IMG/VR virus record: IMGVR_UViG_3300037067_008637
Location: 1 to 64,000 of that record
Origin: a virus
Taxonomy: Duplodnaviria; Caudoviricetes
DNA length: 64,000 nt
Reading direction: 5' to 3' (one strand)
A program made the position numbers and the translations under genes. Numbering within the stretch: the first letter of the stretch is position 1; every line of letters starts with the position of its first letter. The notes under the pieces were generated by a model that was given only the letters and a program-made list of their open reading frames with translations, was not told the origin of the DNA and ran no database searches. Of this stretch, positions 10,701 to 20,398 are shown piece by piece.

Positions 10701-13700
10701 TGTTTGTCTGATTCTGGAAATGACCCATTAGTTTGAGCAGAAGAAAATTCATCTCTTGCTGCTAATATATCTTTCATTAGAGGTTTGTTTTTCATTGATT
10801 CTAAATAAGAACCAGAAAGAGCGGGATCAATGTTTCCAGCGTCTCTTGCTTGAACTAATATTCTAGCAGCATCTGCAATTGCTTGTGAGCGTGTTGCATC
10901 CTTCTTACTAAATTCTGTAAATCTTCCATCATCTCCTTCACCTTTTCTGTACTTATTAATCATACTATCATCTTTAGAAATAGATAACGCGGTTGTAGCT
11001 AAATTGGTACTTCTTCCAAGTTTTTCTATTTTCCCTTGCAAAATTTCTTTTTCACTTTGAATTTGTTTTTTTCTTTCTGGCGAAGCAGTTGCTTCTTCTT
11101 TTTCTAGAGCAGCAAGTTTCTGTTCATAACTGGTTCCACCACCTGCCGCGGCCATTGCTGCTTCATGTAGAGATTTTCCAACACCAGTTTGAGTTCCAGA
11201 AGCTTCTAAATTCTTATCATTTTCCGGTCCAAACTTTTTATCTAATCCTTTCTGTAACGTCTTAGATAAGAAATATCCAAGTGAAGCACCTGCCAACATA
11301 CCAGCAGGACCACCTAATGCACCACCAATAATTGCACCAGAGATAATACCTATAGAATCCCCAGTCATATCTGCTGTTAGCATTGATTTTTGGGTTGCAC
11401 TAAACTCCTCCCAGTTCTTTATATCGGCAATGGTTTTGATTTGATTGGTTACAAATCCACCTAATGCGGCACCTGCTAAAAATCCTAAAGGATTCATTCC
11501 TGTTAATACTAACCCAAGTATGCCTCCCGCAATAGTACCTGTTGCCATTGTTCCATCAAAACCGTCTTTATTTAAGATATCCCATTTCTTCTTTAATATA
11601 GTATCAGACATTCCATTTTCATCAACCATATTAGCAGTAATCCAACCACCTAGCGCCATACCAGCTACGGCACCAAGAGGATTAAAGCCAGTAAGCACAA
11701 GTCCTAATATTCCACCAACTGCACCACCAACTCCTACAGATATTGGATTCTTGAAGGCTTTTGCAAGGGCTGTCATTGTTTCGCCTTCATTCATACCCTT
11801 AAAGTTTTGATACATTCCCCCAACAAACGATCCTAAACCAAAACCAATTATGGCTCCAGGTAAACCTAATGTAACTAATCCAATAATTCCACCAATCAAT
11901 CCACCAACGCCTACGCCTTTTAATGCACTACCTACTCCTTCCATTCCTCCGCTAAGAAATCCAGCAATAAGAGGAAGAACTGCACCTGCAAGCGCACCTA
12001 ACCCTAACTTTTTGAAGATACTAAGATTTTCAAGAATTCCACCTTTTTTCTTGTCTTCGTCTTTCTTTTTTCCGAATACTTTATTCCAGAAACCTTCTTT
12101 CTCTTTCTCTGCTTCTCTTTCTTCATTTGCTTGGGATGAACTAGCAATTGCTGCAATAAGTGGAGCAATAACTTTAGATAGAACTCCTTGAGTTTCCTCT
12201 ACAATCGTAGTTTCTTTTATAGTAGTATCACGAATTTCAGAAAGAAGTTTTCCTGAATGGCCGTTCACTCCTCCTTCTCCACCTCGGATCGGAAGTTCTT
12301 CTCCTCCTTCTTCTTGAGCTGTTGGAATTGATGTGGGTAGTTTATAAGGATTTTTTGCTTTTTGCTTTTTTTCCCTTCTTTCTTTTATTTCTTTTAGTTT
12401 TTTGTCTCGTTCCTCAGGAGACATGCCCGTAAATTTATCTTTATATCTGTCTCTGGTGGTGGCTTGATCTCTGGCAGTTTGTCTTCTTTGTTGTTCTTCA
12501 ACAAAAGTATCAGATTCTCTTAGCAATTGGGCTTTTTCTTTTATATAAGATTTTGCTAAACTTTTTTCCTGCTCAGGAGTTAAAATCACCCCATTTATAA
12601 GGGCATCTCTTCTTACAGACTCTATCTCGTCCGAAAATTCATGTGACGCAGCAACAGATTTTTGACGTTTTATGTGTTTTCTGATGGTAGAAGAGTCTTC
12701 GGCTAAACGTTTAGATTTTTGAAATCTCTGATAATCAGCAGTTTCTTGTAATCCTTCAATTCTCCCTATATTATATTTCTTTGTTAATTCCTCCCTAATT
12801 TCTTCCGCCCACAACTTTCTGCCCTTAGAGTATCTTGCAGCAATTTCTCCAATCTCTGTCGTTCTAGATTTTTTATCAATTGCAGCAGCTCTTCCCCAAT
12901 CTATAACTTCATCCCCGTGCTTTTCCAGTATATCACTTAATCTTTTTGGAGAAAGAGGGGTTCTTTCAAGAGCATCTTTATAATGAGTAAGTTTTTCTTT
13001 ATACCGTCCGTGTAGTGCTTGAAAAGGTTGAATTGCTTTGCGACCTGTTTCCGTTGCAGCAAGTTTTATATTTTCTGCTTTCCCTTTGATATAATCCATT
13101 CCTGGTTCTATTTTTTTAGACAATTTTTTAGACAATTTTTCAATTGGAGAGATAACTGAATCTCTAGACATGTTCCTCTGTAGCACAGACATTATATCTA
13201 GAATCGACGCACTCCCGTCTTTGTCTAATACACTTTGCATTTTATTTGCTTTGTTTTTAAATCGGATATTCTTTTTTGCACGGCGTTTTTCTTTCCATGA
13301 CACATTTGCAGGACTATCTTCTTTTGCTTTCTTTCTTTCTGCTTTCCCTTCTTCTTTTATTTTTAGTTTTTCAGCTTTGGTAAGAACAACTTCTCCTTGT
13401 GATTTTAAAATTTTTTCTTTAGAATTTTCTTGTAACGCTTGTAACCAAGCTCTCTTGAGAATCGTGTCTACGTTCGTACCAGTTTTAGCAAACTGAACAG
13501 CGAGTCCGCCAGAGAGAGACTGCATAATTATAAGCTTTTCTAACAAAGCATTTGTTGATTCTAATGCTTTTTTGAATGAATCTTCTTGTCCTTGCCCTTT
13601 TCGAATTCCACCTCCGCCTAATAGTTCAGGCATTCCTCCATGGAAACCTTCACCTTCTCTTCCCATCAATTGATTCATTACGCCTTTGGACCACTGTTTG

Positions 13701-15121
13701 GGCCGTCCAACTTGCTTTCTAACAAACGTGCCTAATTTAGCAGAAAGTGATTGGTAGGATTTGGGGCGTCTCATTTTTCCTCTTAATCCAAATCCAGCCA
13801 TTAGTATTTCATTTGTTTGTATGGATTGATCTAGTTTATCCAGTCCCTCCGCTCTTCCCGCAGCATAATCAGCTTTTGCTACGTGATAATGAGCAGCATG
13901 GATGCCTCCTAAAGCAGTAGCTTTGGGTAATTCATTTAAGTATTTGGCAGCCGTTGGGATTTTCGGAGGCATTGCAGCGCGAATAAAAGTTTTCATCTTG
14001 GAAACTTTGATTTTTGTACCGGTTTCCATTTCTGCTTGCTGATAATTTGTCTCTTCTAATACATCTTTAAACTTCTGGAAGTATTCGCCTTTGGATACTT
14101 TCAAAAGAGGTTGACTTTTGGAGCGATCAACTCTAGCTTCGTCTGCCTTAATAATTGCTTTAGCTATCGAATTGGACAATTCAGTAAGAAAGTCTTTATT
14201 CTGAGTCGGGAGAACCATCTCTCCTTCTTTTAGAACAGCAACATGTTCATCCGCACCAACACGTTTCTTTTGTCCAGTCTTTTTATTGGTAAGAACTGCA
14301 CCTTTGTGTGCAACTATAAATCCACCTTTGTGTTTATATTGAGGACCTTCATTGAAATCTAATTCACCTCTATTGGATTTCATTGCCCTCATTTTTTCAA
14401 TAGCTTTTTTAGCTATTGGAGACAGTCCTTTAATTGCACCTTGTCCAAGATATGAAAGTACTGGATTACCTAAGAACATCATTCTAACCATATGTTCTCT
14501 TGCAGCTTCTTGCATCTGTTTCATATCTTGTTCAGCTTGACGTGCCGCTTGTGTGTCACTGATAAACTCAGTACCTTTTTGTACACCGCGAGCAGCACCA
14601 GCAATTGCTCTACCGGGAGTCTTTGATAATATCTTACCAGTTTCATATGTGGAGTGTTTAACTTGTTTAGCAACGCTCATCATACTTTCAGTAGAGCGTC
14701 TTGAATAATTTCCGAATTGTGCAACAATACTCCGAAGAATACTTGTTTGTTTTTCAAATTTTTCAGTAGAAGAAGCAATTTCATATGCACTGGAGGACAT
14801 TCTTTCCATACCAGTATTTAGGGTTTGAGCAGCTTTCTTGCTTATATCTACTTGTACCAATCCTCTTTTACTTCTAGAGGTTTGTGATTCTAATACTGAT
14901 CCGGTTCTTTTATGTTGTGTTCTTATCTCTTGTTTTAATTCACCAAGTTCTATAGAGAGATCCTTCATTGCTCCAGTAACGGCAGAAAGAGTTTTGTGAC
15001 TAACTTCTTTTGCACGTTTGTCTTTATAATCGGCAAGAAAAGAAGGATTGACGTGGCCAGTAGGAGTTCTTATTGCATCTCCTGATCCACTTGAAGGTTC
15101 GTGCGATAAATCTGTAATCAC
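7739..15121 (-). CDS. Tape measure protein with two M23 peptidase domains and a T4-lysozyme-like (GH24) domain
   Basis: 2460 aa; coiled-coil N-half and Gly-rich hydrophobic repeats; HRGIDIAA..HHL..GPHLDF (M23), HEGLRTSKYTDSRGFPTIGYGHL (lysozyme), HQGIDIG..YMHM..GPHLHF (M23). Confidence 0.85.
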   Translation of the reverse strand: MITDLSHEPSSGSGDAIRTPTGHVNPSFLADYKDKRAKEVSHKTLSAVTGAMKDLSIELGELKQEIRTQHKRTGSVLESQTSRSKRGLVQVDISKKAAQTLNTGMERMSSSAYEIASSTEKFEKQTSILRSIVAQFGNYSRRSTESMMSVAKQVKHSTYETGKILSKTPGRAIAGAARGVQKGTEFISDTQAARQAEQDMKQMQEAAREHMVRMMFLGNPVLSYLGQGAIKGLSPIAKKAIEKMRAMKSNRGELDFNEGPQYKHKGGFIVAHKGAVLTNKKTGQKKRVGADEHVAVLKEGEMVLPTQNKDFLTELSNSIAKAIIKADEARVDRSKSQPLLKVSKGEYFQKFKDVLEETNYQQAEMETGTKIKVSKMKTFIRAAMPPKIPTAAKYLNELPKATALGGIHAAHYHVAKADYAAGRAEGLDKLDQSIQTNEILMAGFGLRGKMRRPKSYQSLSAKLGTFVRKQVGRPKQWSKGVMNQLMGREGEGFHGGMPELLGGGGIRKGQGQEDSFKKALESTNALLEKLIIMQSLSGGLAVQFAKTGTNVDTILKRAWLQALQENSKEKILKSQGEVVLTKAEKLKIKEEGKAERKKAKEDSPANVSWKEKRRAKKNIRFKNKANKMQSVLDKDGSASILDIMSVLQRNMSRDSVISPIEKLSKKLSKKIEPGMDYIKGKAENIKLAATETGRKAIQPFQALHGRYKEKLTHYKDALERTPLSPKRLSDILEKHGDEVIDWGRAAAIDKKSRTTEIGEIAARYSKGRKLWAEEIREELTKKYNIGRIEGLQETADYQRFQKSKRLAEDSSTIRKHIKRQKSVAASHEFSDEIESVRRDALINGVILTPEQEKSLAKSYIKEKAQLLRESDTFVEEQQRRQTARDQATTRDRYKDKFTGMSPEERDKKLKEIKERREKKQKAKNPYKLPTSIPTAQEEGGEELPIRGGEGGVNGHSGKLLSEIRDTTIKETTIVEETQGVLSKVIAPLIAAIASSSQANEEREAEKEKEGFWNKVFGKKKDEDKKKGGILENLSIFKKLGLGALAGAVLPLIAGFLSGGMEGVGSALKGVGVGGLIGGIIGLVTLGLPGAIIGFGLGSFVGGMYQNFKGMNEGETMTALAKAFKNPISVGVGGAVGGILGLVLTGFNPLGAVAGMALGGWITANMVDENGMSDTILKKKWDILNKDGFDGTMATGTIAGGILGLVLTGMNPLGFLAGAALGGFVTNQIKTIADIKNWEEFSATQKSMLTADMTGDSIGIISGAIIGGALGGPAGMLAGASLGYFLSKTLQKGLDKKFGPENDKNLEASGTQTGVGKSLHEAAMAAAGGGTSYEQKLAALEKEEATASPERKKQIQSEKEILQGKIEKLGRSTNLATTALSISKDDSMINKYRKGEGDDGRFTEFSKKDATRSQAIADAARILVQARDAGNIDPALSGSYLESMKNKPLMKDILAARDEFSSAQTNGSFPESDKQNYISRLRTILEWKGQLAQLSDYLLKDQKVLTPQEINQASNTVSSSTISGLQAFIDSPSPRAKAENRVRRLENAVVTQILASGALSDAIRMKKAGATELDFGEGTTTSPYQTEADQNLQYQKGRNLVEEVKQESYRATPWGGALDLLSFGKYKQIGKGLDELDIAGSTQGMAAEWAPLLGRGGFGMPTNGPISSFFGPRMDPLAMKPAFHRGIDIAAKNGSMVSASASGIVSFAGKKPQLGNTVEITHSNGLITGYHHLKDILVQPGQQVSAGMQIGTVGSTGRSTGPHLDFGMEMMKGGKRVPLDPMKHMGGTMDFNAKPEDPFNTTMPGVARSMAEMTTPASPPKSTPSSIASAQEIAAAPDTDRFGNRISEIAGGFGGIVGIFANLFKDIFSIIMGGGSLGDMASSAWSGIKSGASAAGSAISSGYTSVANAASNWKDPLSRGYDAIMGAGSSLWEKAKKMTMEHEGLRTSKYTDSRGFPTIGYGHLLKEGESFPGQITAEEAGALFEKDYSLAKSELISLIGPDNWAKLDPYRQAALTDMTFNLGGSGVGKFQGMWNNIWKQDWTGAANEVLDSDYAKQVRSRARTIAQLVATGAQKASPGSPTDVIEMIKSKLGAVGSSIKGGIAKSYSSVMNSNITQGLLEKWQKVKEGTKNYLSGAFWPPSGGQVTSKFGSTAGRDHPHQGIDIGGSGAIHAVLPGRVISVEDKWEPGQAGAPDKGNAVYVEHQLGNYKFISRYMHMKKGISVREGESVTAGQVLGAVGNTGHSTGPHLHFDIGDDQGAGWESKIDPQALFAPIGSMAQFAAGSMKDSVKSFSNQSLFTPSTPEDVMAQAAQGTKPPMDMGGPRARAGSLAGIETGRRSNIGGPGLSSMMNANIPSGPKGVVIDLSTMLPIQSDQLAKLQQNYQSAMTKSAALEYGSKSSTAAGNGKEVVFQNVGARPIMINNSGGNSNVSNTTEGNSGIRIQVEEVINALLGQRGYMHN

Positions 15122-15141
15122 TTATTGGCTCCTAGATTTGT

Positions 15142-16944
15142 CTAGAACATGGAATCGGAATCACTGCCAAATGGCATATCCCCAAACATTGCAAGGACAT
15201 CTACGTATCCGCAAAGATTCCCGGATAGCATCTCCCGCTGTATGTATTTATTCATGTCAGATTTCAAATTAGGATTTTCCACACCTGTTGTAACGGCTAC
15301 TTGTCTATCTGCGGAGAATGGTGCTTCTCCATTTAAGCCTCTCATGATTTCTATTGTATCTTTTGTAAATGTCATACCGACTTCATCTTCTCTTAACCCT
15401 TCAACATCTCCCAAAGCTTCTACTTCATACTTTCTAACGTAGCAGCAGAAACCATAAGCAAGTGCTAAGTCATCATGGAAACCTTTATCTGCTTCAACTT
15501 TAGAACCTTTATTGGTTAATCCCAATAGTTCTGCTGCAAGTCTTTCTGAATAGATAACATCAGGATCATGAGCAACAACGTCATATAAAGCATCCAGAAT
15601 CAAAGGACGAGTTTTTGTATTGGTACTTAATCCTGGAATGAATTCTATATTGCTACCACCTCGAGATCTACTTGTACCAATTCGTCTATCTTTTCCTTTA
15701 TAAGTACCATAAAGGTTATAAACAACCTCTTCATCATACATCAATTCATATAAGACAGCTTGGCCATACCCGCCTTGATTTTCAACTACTATTATATTAT
15801 GTGGGCAATGAGCGCAGATGAGGCGAATTACGTCTGATAATTCTTTAGGATCTATATGTCCATTGAATTCCATTACTTGTTCCATTGTTTCATATTCAAT
15901 CACTTCAATGGCGCTTCGATCTATTCCCGCAGCCGTTGCAGCATCAACACCAATTATATGGAAATGCCCTCGGTTAATATTTTTGAATCTCCACAATTCA
16001 CCTTTACCTTTGTAATTAGGCAATTGAACAACTTCGGTAGCAGGTTTAGCACAATCCTGTAAAGCGGTTTGCACATCTTCTGTAAACAAACTGTTACCAG
16101 ATCCAACGAATTTCAATTCAAGCTCTTGTGCGATTCTATTTTTATCACCATTCAATATCTTACATTGCTTCTTATACCATCCAGGATCATTCTTAAAGTC
16201 TGGTATTTCTGTCCAATGTATTTTATGAGGCCTAAAGGCATTTGTTTTAGCAAGGGCACCAATCCACATTTGAAAATACCACTTACCAATACCTTCTGTT
16301 TTATTAGGTGTGGATAAGATAATAGTACCGTATGGAATTCCTTTTTTCTGTGCCACTTGTTGTACTTTAGATAGCGTACTACCAATACCAGTCCATGCTT
16401 GATCAATATCTCTAATGTGCGCAGCTTCGTCTATAATTAGCAATGTAATACTTTTGGATCTAAATACTGCACCAGGATTAGCAGGAGATACAGCGGCAAT
16501 ATGTAATTGACAACCATTCTCCAGAATGAAATATTGAATTGATTTGTTTTTATAAACGGGGCGTAACCAATCTGGTAATTGATCAATCATGTCTTGTGTT
16601 TTACGACAGAAGTCAGATGATTCATTACTATCTCTGGAAAGAACACCAACTACACAGTTTTCATAGAATGTAAAGATGTATGTAATAATCGCTTGTGTTA
16701 ATGTAGACATTCCAATTTGTCTTGATTTTAATAAGATCATCTCGTGAAATTGGAAGAAGTTTTTGATAATCCTTTTTTGCGGATCATATAGTTTAAGTAA
16801 TTCACTTCCACCAGGTGTAGGAATCTTAACGAAGTTCTCTATGAACTCAACGGGATTTTCTTTAAAGTGTTTTCTCTTCTTAGCGAGATCATATACTTCA
16901 CGTGATATGCCTGCTGTTTTTGTAGCAACTTTTTTGACAGCCAT
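15142..16944 (-). CDS. terL: Terminase large subunit
   Basis: LLKSRQIGMST (Walker A), LLIIDEAAH (Walker B), STPN coupling motif, nuclease IIGVDAA and HDDLALA. Confidence 0.92.
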   Translation of the reverse strand: MAVKKVATKTAGISREVYDLAKKRKHFKENPVEFIENFVKIPTPGGSELLKLYDPQKRIIKNFFQFHEMILLKSRQIGMSTLTQAIITYIFTFYENCVVGVLSRDSNESSDFCRKTQDMIDQLPDWLRPVYKNKSIQYFILENGCQLHIAAVSPANPGAVFRSKSITLLIIDEAAHIRDIDQAWTGIGSTLSKVQQVAQKKGIPYGTIILSTPNKTEGIGKWYFQMWIGALAKTNAFRPHKIHWTEIPDFKNDPGWYKKQCKILNGDKNRIAQELELKFVGSGNSLFTEDVQTALQDCAKPATEVVQLPNYKGKGELWRFKNINRGHFHIIGVDAATAAGIDRSAIEVIEYETMEQVMEFNGHIDPKELSDVIRLICAHCPHNIIVVENQGGYGQAVLYELMYDEEVVYNLYGTYKGKDRRIGTSRSRGGSNIEFIPGLSTNTKTRPLILDALYDVVAHDPDVIYSERLAAELLGLTNKGSKVEADKGFHDDLALAYGFCCYVRKYEVEALGDVEGLREDEVGMTFTKDTIEIMRGLNGEAPFSADRQVAVTTGVENPNLKSDMNKYIQREMLSGNLCGYVDVLAMFGDMPFGSDSDSMF

Positions 16945-16947
16945 AGT

Positions 16948-17922
16948 TTAAACCCCTTGGAAGAGCCAATTTCCTGAAAATAGTATTTCAACCATTTTGA
17001 CTACAATTTGAATCATATATGATATACCGAATCCCAATTTTGATTCATCCAATTTGTTTCCAGTCTTTTGTAGTGCAACAGATAACCGAAGAGCACCAAC
17101 ATTCAACAATCTGAATAGTATGGTTTTCAACCAAACAAATCCAGCAGCACCACCATGTTTTAAAGCATCTTGGCTTAACGTATTAAACATCATACCTGAT
17201 AGTGCAACTTGCCCCATTTTTGTTAGTGTCATAAAATGTTTTTCTGCACCAGTTTTGACAGACGCAAGAACAGCCAATTGATCAATTAACGTTCCTATAA
17301 TCATTACTGAAAATACTTGAAATACCCATTGAATTGAGTGTGCTGGGATCGATGCACCGGAAGGGCCAACAAACATGAATCCTGCTTGAGTAGCTAATGT
17401 ATAGATAGTGATCTTCAGCACAGATGAAACGATGTAAATCATTGCAGGAATACCATATACTGCAAGGGGATTTTCTCCAGGACCAACTTCAAACAAATTC
17501 AACCGTGGTATATCTATTTTAATATCATCTACAATATTTTTGATCGCATTCATACCCTTTGATAAATCAGCAGTTTTTGCACTATCTTCTAATTCTTTTG
17601 TTCTTGATCTAATATTATCCAATATAGTCTTATCTAATCTGGATACATCCACACCATTCTTTTTTAGGATGCTACGATACATTAATCTTTTCTCTTCAAT
17701 CTTCTTATGCCTTTGATCTATGATTGAAAGAGCTTTGTCAATTGGATAACTAGAAATCTTCTTAACGAAATCAGAGAATCCTTCGTGAATGACTTTGTCC
17801 TCAAGTAGATGAAGATAATCTCCAGAGTACTTTCGGTTTTCTAATGCGTATTCATAAAGCGATATTGTATCATTCATTGTGAATTCTCCGTTGTCTTTGC
17901 TTATATATTTTTCCTGAGACAA
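16948..17922 (-). CDS. Hypothetical membrane protein (likely start 17877)
   Basis: Charged N-half and several hydrophobic segments in the C-half; GGAG RBS precedes ATG at 17877. Confidence 0.55.
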   Translation of the reverse strand: MSQEKYISKDNGEFTMNDTISLYEYALENRKYSGDYLHLLEDKVIHEGFSDFVKKISSYPIDKALSIIDQRHKKIEEKRLMYRSILKKNGVDVSRLDKTILDNIRSRTKELEDSAKTADLSKGMNAIKNIVDDIKIDIPRLNLFEVGPGENPLAVYGIPAMIYIVSSVLKITIYTLATQAGFMFVGPSGASIPAHSIQWVFQVFSVMIIGTLIDQLAVLASVKTGAEKHFMTLTKMGQVALSGMMFNTLSQDALKHGGAAGFVWLKTILFRLLNVGALRLSVALQKTGNKLDESKLGFGISYMIQIVVKMVEILFSGNWLFQGV

Positions 17923-17939
17923 AAAAGTGATGAAAAAAA

Positions 17940-17980
17940 GAAAATGAAAAATGGGGTGAAGTCTGAAGACTCCACCCCAA
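17940..17980 (-). terminator. Intrinsic terminator
   Basis: Minus strand TGGGGTGGAGTC-TTCA-GACTTCACCCCA stem-loop followed by TTTTTCATTTTCTTTTTTT. Confidence 0.8.
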
Positions 17981-17995
17981 TTGGTAAATATACTG

Positions 17996-18220
17996 TTATC
18001 GCCGGTTTTTCTTACGGGCAGCGTTCTGCAATTTCTTTTGAGTTTTCCGTTTCATAATAAGTTTTGCAGTGAACTTACTAGAACCTTTATGCTTTCCATC
18101 TTTTCTATCTTTGTCTTTTTCTTTTTGGATTGTATCTGCCGTTGTAGGATCTTCTACAATCGCTTCTTCTTTACCTTCTTCTGCCAGTTCATGAATCAAT
18201 TTGACTTTTTCTTCAGACAT
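17996..18220 (-). CDS. Small protein with acidic N-half and basic C-terminal tail
   Basis: 74 aa, AGGAG RBS, followed by the terminator. Confidence 0.55.
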   Translation of the reverse strand: MSEEKVKLIHELAEEGKEEAIVEDPTTADTIQKEKDKDRKDGKHKGSSKFTAKLIMKRKTQKKLQNAARKKNRR

Positions 18221-18232
18221 AACTGCTCCTAT

Positions 18233-19501
18233 CTAGATCATTGCGTTTCCACGAAACACTCTTATTGTAACCATTGCGTTCCAATGTGCAACAGTATCCC
18301 TAACCAATGAAATTCTAGAACTTTGTATTACGTATTTTCCTTGAACTCCACCGTATTCAACACTTTCGGGAACGAATTCAATTGGGTATCCAACCTTCAT
18401 CAGATTTTTCAATCGAAGGTTTCTATCCAATTTAAATTCTCTTTCCATTCCATGGCTAATTTCTTTAGCAATTTTGGAAGTAAGGTTTGCATCACTGTAA
18501 TCTACACCAACTCTATATCTCCCGAGAAAATCCTGAGTTTCCTTGACGGTATCCGACAGCTTTAATTCACCTCCATCTCTCACAGCATTTTCTTTCCATA
18601 CATTTTCCACATCCAATTCAATGATTGAAAACAAGTCATCATTAGGAGAGATCATATGCTGTTGAGTTTTGGAAATTCTAGCAACGATTTCATTTTCTCG
18701 ATTGAATGTTTGAATTGGTAAATAAGTATGATATGACTTATCATCTTTACCTACTTCTTTCATTACTTCTGAATCCTTCTTTCCTTGGGACAGAAAATAC
18801 ACTTTATACAAAGGTTCATCTTTGATTATCTTTGATAAATCCCACATGTGAAACAATGTACGATTTTCTTCGATTACACATTGAAAATATGTATAGCCCT
18901 TGTATATACCGTAATGCTCTTGTATATGATCTAATGCCGCTCCGAAATTTGAAGCAGGAACCATCAATTGTTCCCCTTTGTATTTGTTAGCGTTTCTATC
19001 ATCTACAGTAACATCTGCGTCGGTAATGTACTTTTTAACAAGGTCCATCACCATATCAAAAGGAGATTTAGGATCATTATTTGGTGCCAAAGCATTAAGA
19101 CTTTGTGTTGTCATTTTATAAGCAACCGTAGGAATACAGAAAAATGCTCCTCGATTCACTTTCGCATGATCTGCTCCATCTTCTTCTTTTTCAGGCATAA
19201 TGGATAGATCACCTAAAGTGTGTTGTAGTATCAATTCTGTCTCAAATGATTCAACTGATTCTCCCGCATCTTCTGTTTTGAGTTCTACAATCACCTTCAT
19301 CTTCTTTTGCCCATGCAAATCATAATCGAGAATGTCTTTTGCACGAATTCCTGCTTCGATGATAAAGACTTGATATACTGCATCAATCGAATTTACAATG
19401 TGAACACGATCAACACATAGGGAAAAGTCAATATCATCCCATAAGAATGTTATTGAATAATACGGTGAATTGACTGCACCTGTTCCAGAAGTAGTGGCCA
19501 T
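18233..19501 (-). CDS. Putative baseplate hub protein (gp27/Mu gp44-like)
   Basis: AAGGAG RBS before ATG at 19501; size and beta-rich pattern ending GKYVIQSSRISL...MVTIRV resemble hub proteins. Confidence 0.5.
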   Translation of the reverse strand: MATTSGTGAVNSPYYSITFLWDDIDFSLCVDRVHIVNSIDAVYQVFIIEAGIRAKDILDYDLHGQKKMKVIVELKTEDAGESVESFETELILQHTLGDLSIMPEKEEDGADHAKVNRGAFFCIPTVAYKMTTQSLNALAPNNDPKSPFDMVMDLVKKYITDADVTVDDRNANKYKGEQLMVPASNFGAALDHIQEHYGIYKGYTYFQCVIEENRTLFHMWDLSKIIKDEPLYKVYFLSQGKKDSEVMKEVGKDDKSYHTYLPIQTFNRENEIVARISKTQQHMISPNDDLFSIIELDVENVWKENAVRDGGELKLSDTVKETQDFLGRYRVGVDYSDANLTSKIAKEISHGMEREFKLDRNLRLKNLMKVGYPIEFVPESVEYGGVQGKYVIQSSRISLVRDTVAHWNAMVTIRVFRGNAMI

Positions 19502-19559
19502 TAATTTCTCCTTGTTATCTAGAGGGTTTGCAATTTTTCCTTTGAGCAACTAGGATTGG

Positions 19560-19943
19560 CTATGGCCATCTTGTGCGTTTCTCAATCTTTCTATCTTTTC
19601 TTCCAGACATTTCTTCTTTAGATGATAGTAAAATGAAATCAAATACATTAGAACACAGGGAACCAACAGAGCACATTACTACAATGAAAAGGGAAACAGC
19701 ACCTTTGACAAAGGTACTAAAACAATTCCATAACAACAAAACCGTGGACCCAATTACTAAAGCCAAGGTTTTATCTTCTTTTATTTCTGTTGGCGCATCA
19801 GTAGATTGATCTGGAAAAAACGGTATATCATGTTTGGTACTTATTTTACTCCGAGAGGGAACCAACGAATGATATTGATATTTCATTGGTTCCCTCTCAT
19901 TGTATAGAGGACGTTGAACTAGGTTCTTGTCTCTATCAATCAT
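19560..19943 (-). CDS. Hypothetical membrane protein
   Basis: 127 aa with a hydrophobic stretch; coupled to the upstream ORF. Confidence 0.45.
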   Translation of the reverse strand: MIDRDKNLVQRPLYNEREPMKYQYHSLVPSRSKISTKHDIPFFPDQSTDAPTEIKEDKTLALVIGSTVLLLWNCFSTFVKGAVSLFIVVMCSVGSLCSNVFDFILLSSKEEMSGRKDRKIEKRTRWP

Positions 19944-20398
19944 TAGATACGCACTCTAGCTTCTTCCAACCGATTTCTCGGAAGAGTGTTGATAAGGGAT
20001 TCCAATAGTTCACGATCCAATTGTTCTTTGGAATGAAATAAGAAAGCTTCTGCGTCATTACAAAAACGAGATCGCAATGAACATCCTACTAGAGAAGTTC
20101 TTATTTCCTCCATATTGTCATCCAATTCATCCAATAAATGTTGATCCACTCCTCCCTTCAACATATTAGAAGCAACAAGGGTCGCTATTTGTTCGGACGT
20201 GATTTCTAAGAAGAAATCCAGACTATAATGCTGAAAGTTTTTGGAGCTGATGATTGGCGGATTTCTTCTCACACCAACCAAATATGCCCATCTTGTTTCC
20301 TTTGGTAAACACTCTTCATCAGTAAATAGAACTTGTTCCTCTTCCGGAGGTTGCAAGATCTCGTCCTGATGGAATTCGGATATGTTTATAGTCGACAT
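19943..20398 (-). CDS. Hypothetical protein
   Basis: 151-aa ORF in a same-strand run; overlaps the 3' end of the vWA gene, so the start is uncertain. Confidence 0.5.
   Translation of the reverse strand: MSTINISEFHQDEILQPPEEEQVLFTDEECLPKETRWAYLVGVRRNPPIISSKNFQHYSLDFFLEITSEQIATLVASNMLKGGVDQHLLDELDDNMEEIRTSLVGCSLRSRFCNDAEAFLFHSKEQLDRELLESLINTLPRNRLEEARVRI

Noticed and set aside
11150-12010. Repetitive Gly-rich DNA and plus-strand Pro-rich ORFs (11445-11810, 11850-12191)
   Set aside because: These are GxxxG hydrophobic repeats inside the tape measure protein; the plus-strand ORFs are antisense shadows, not a CRISPR or repeat element
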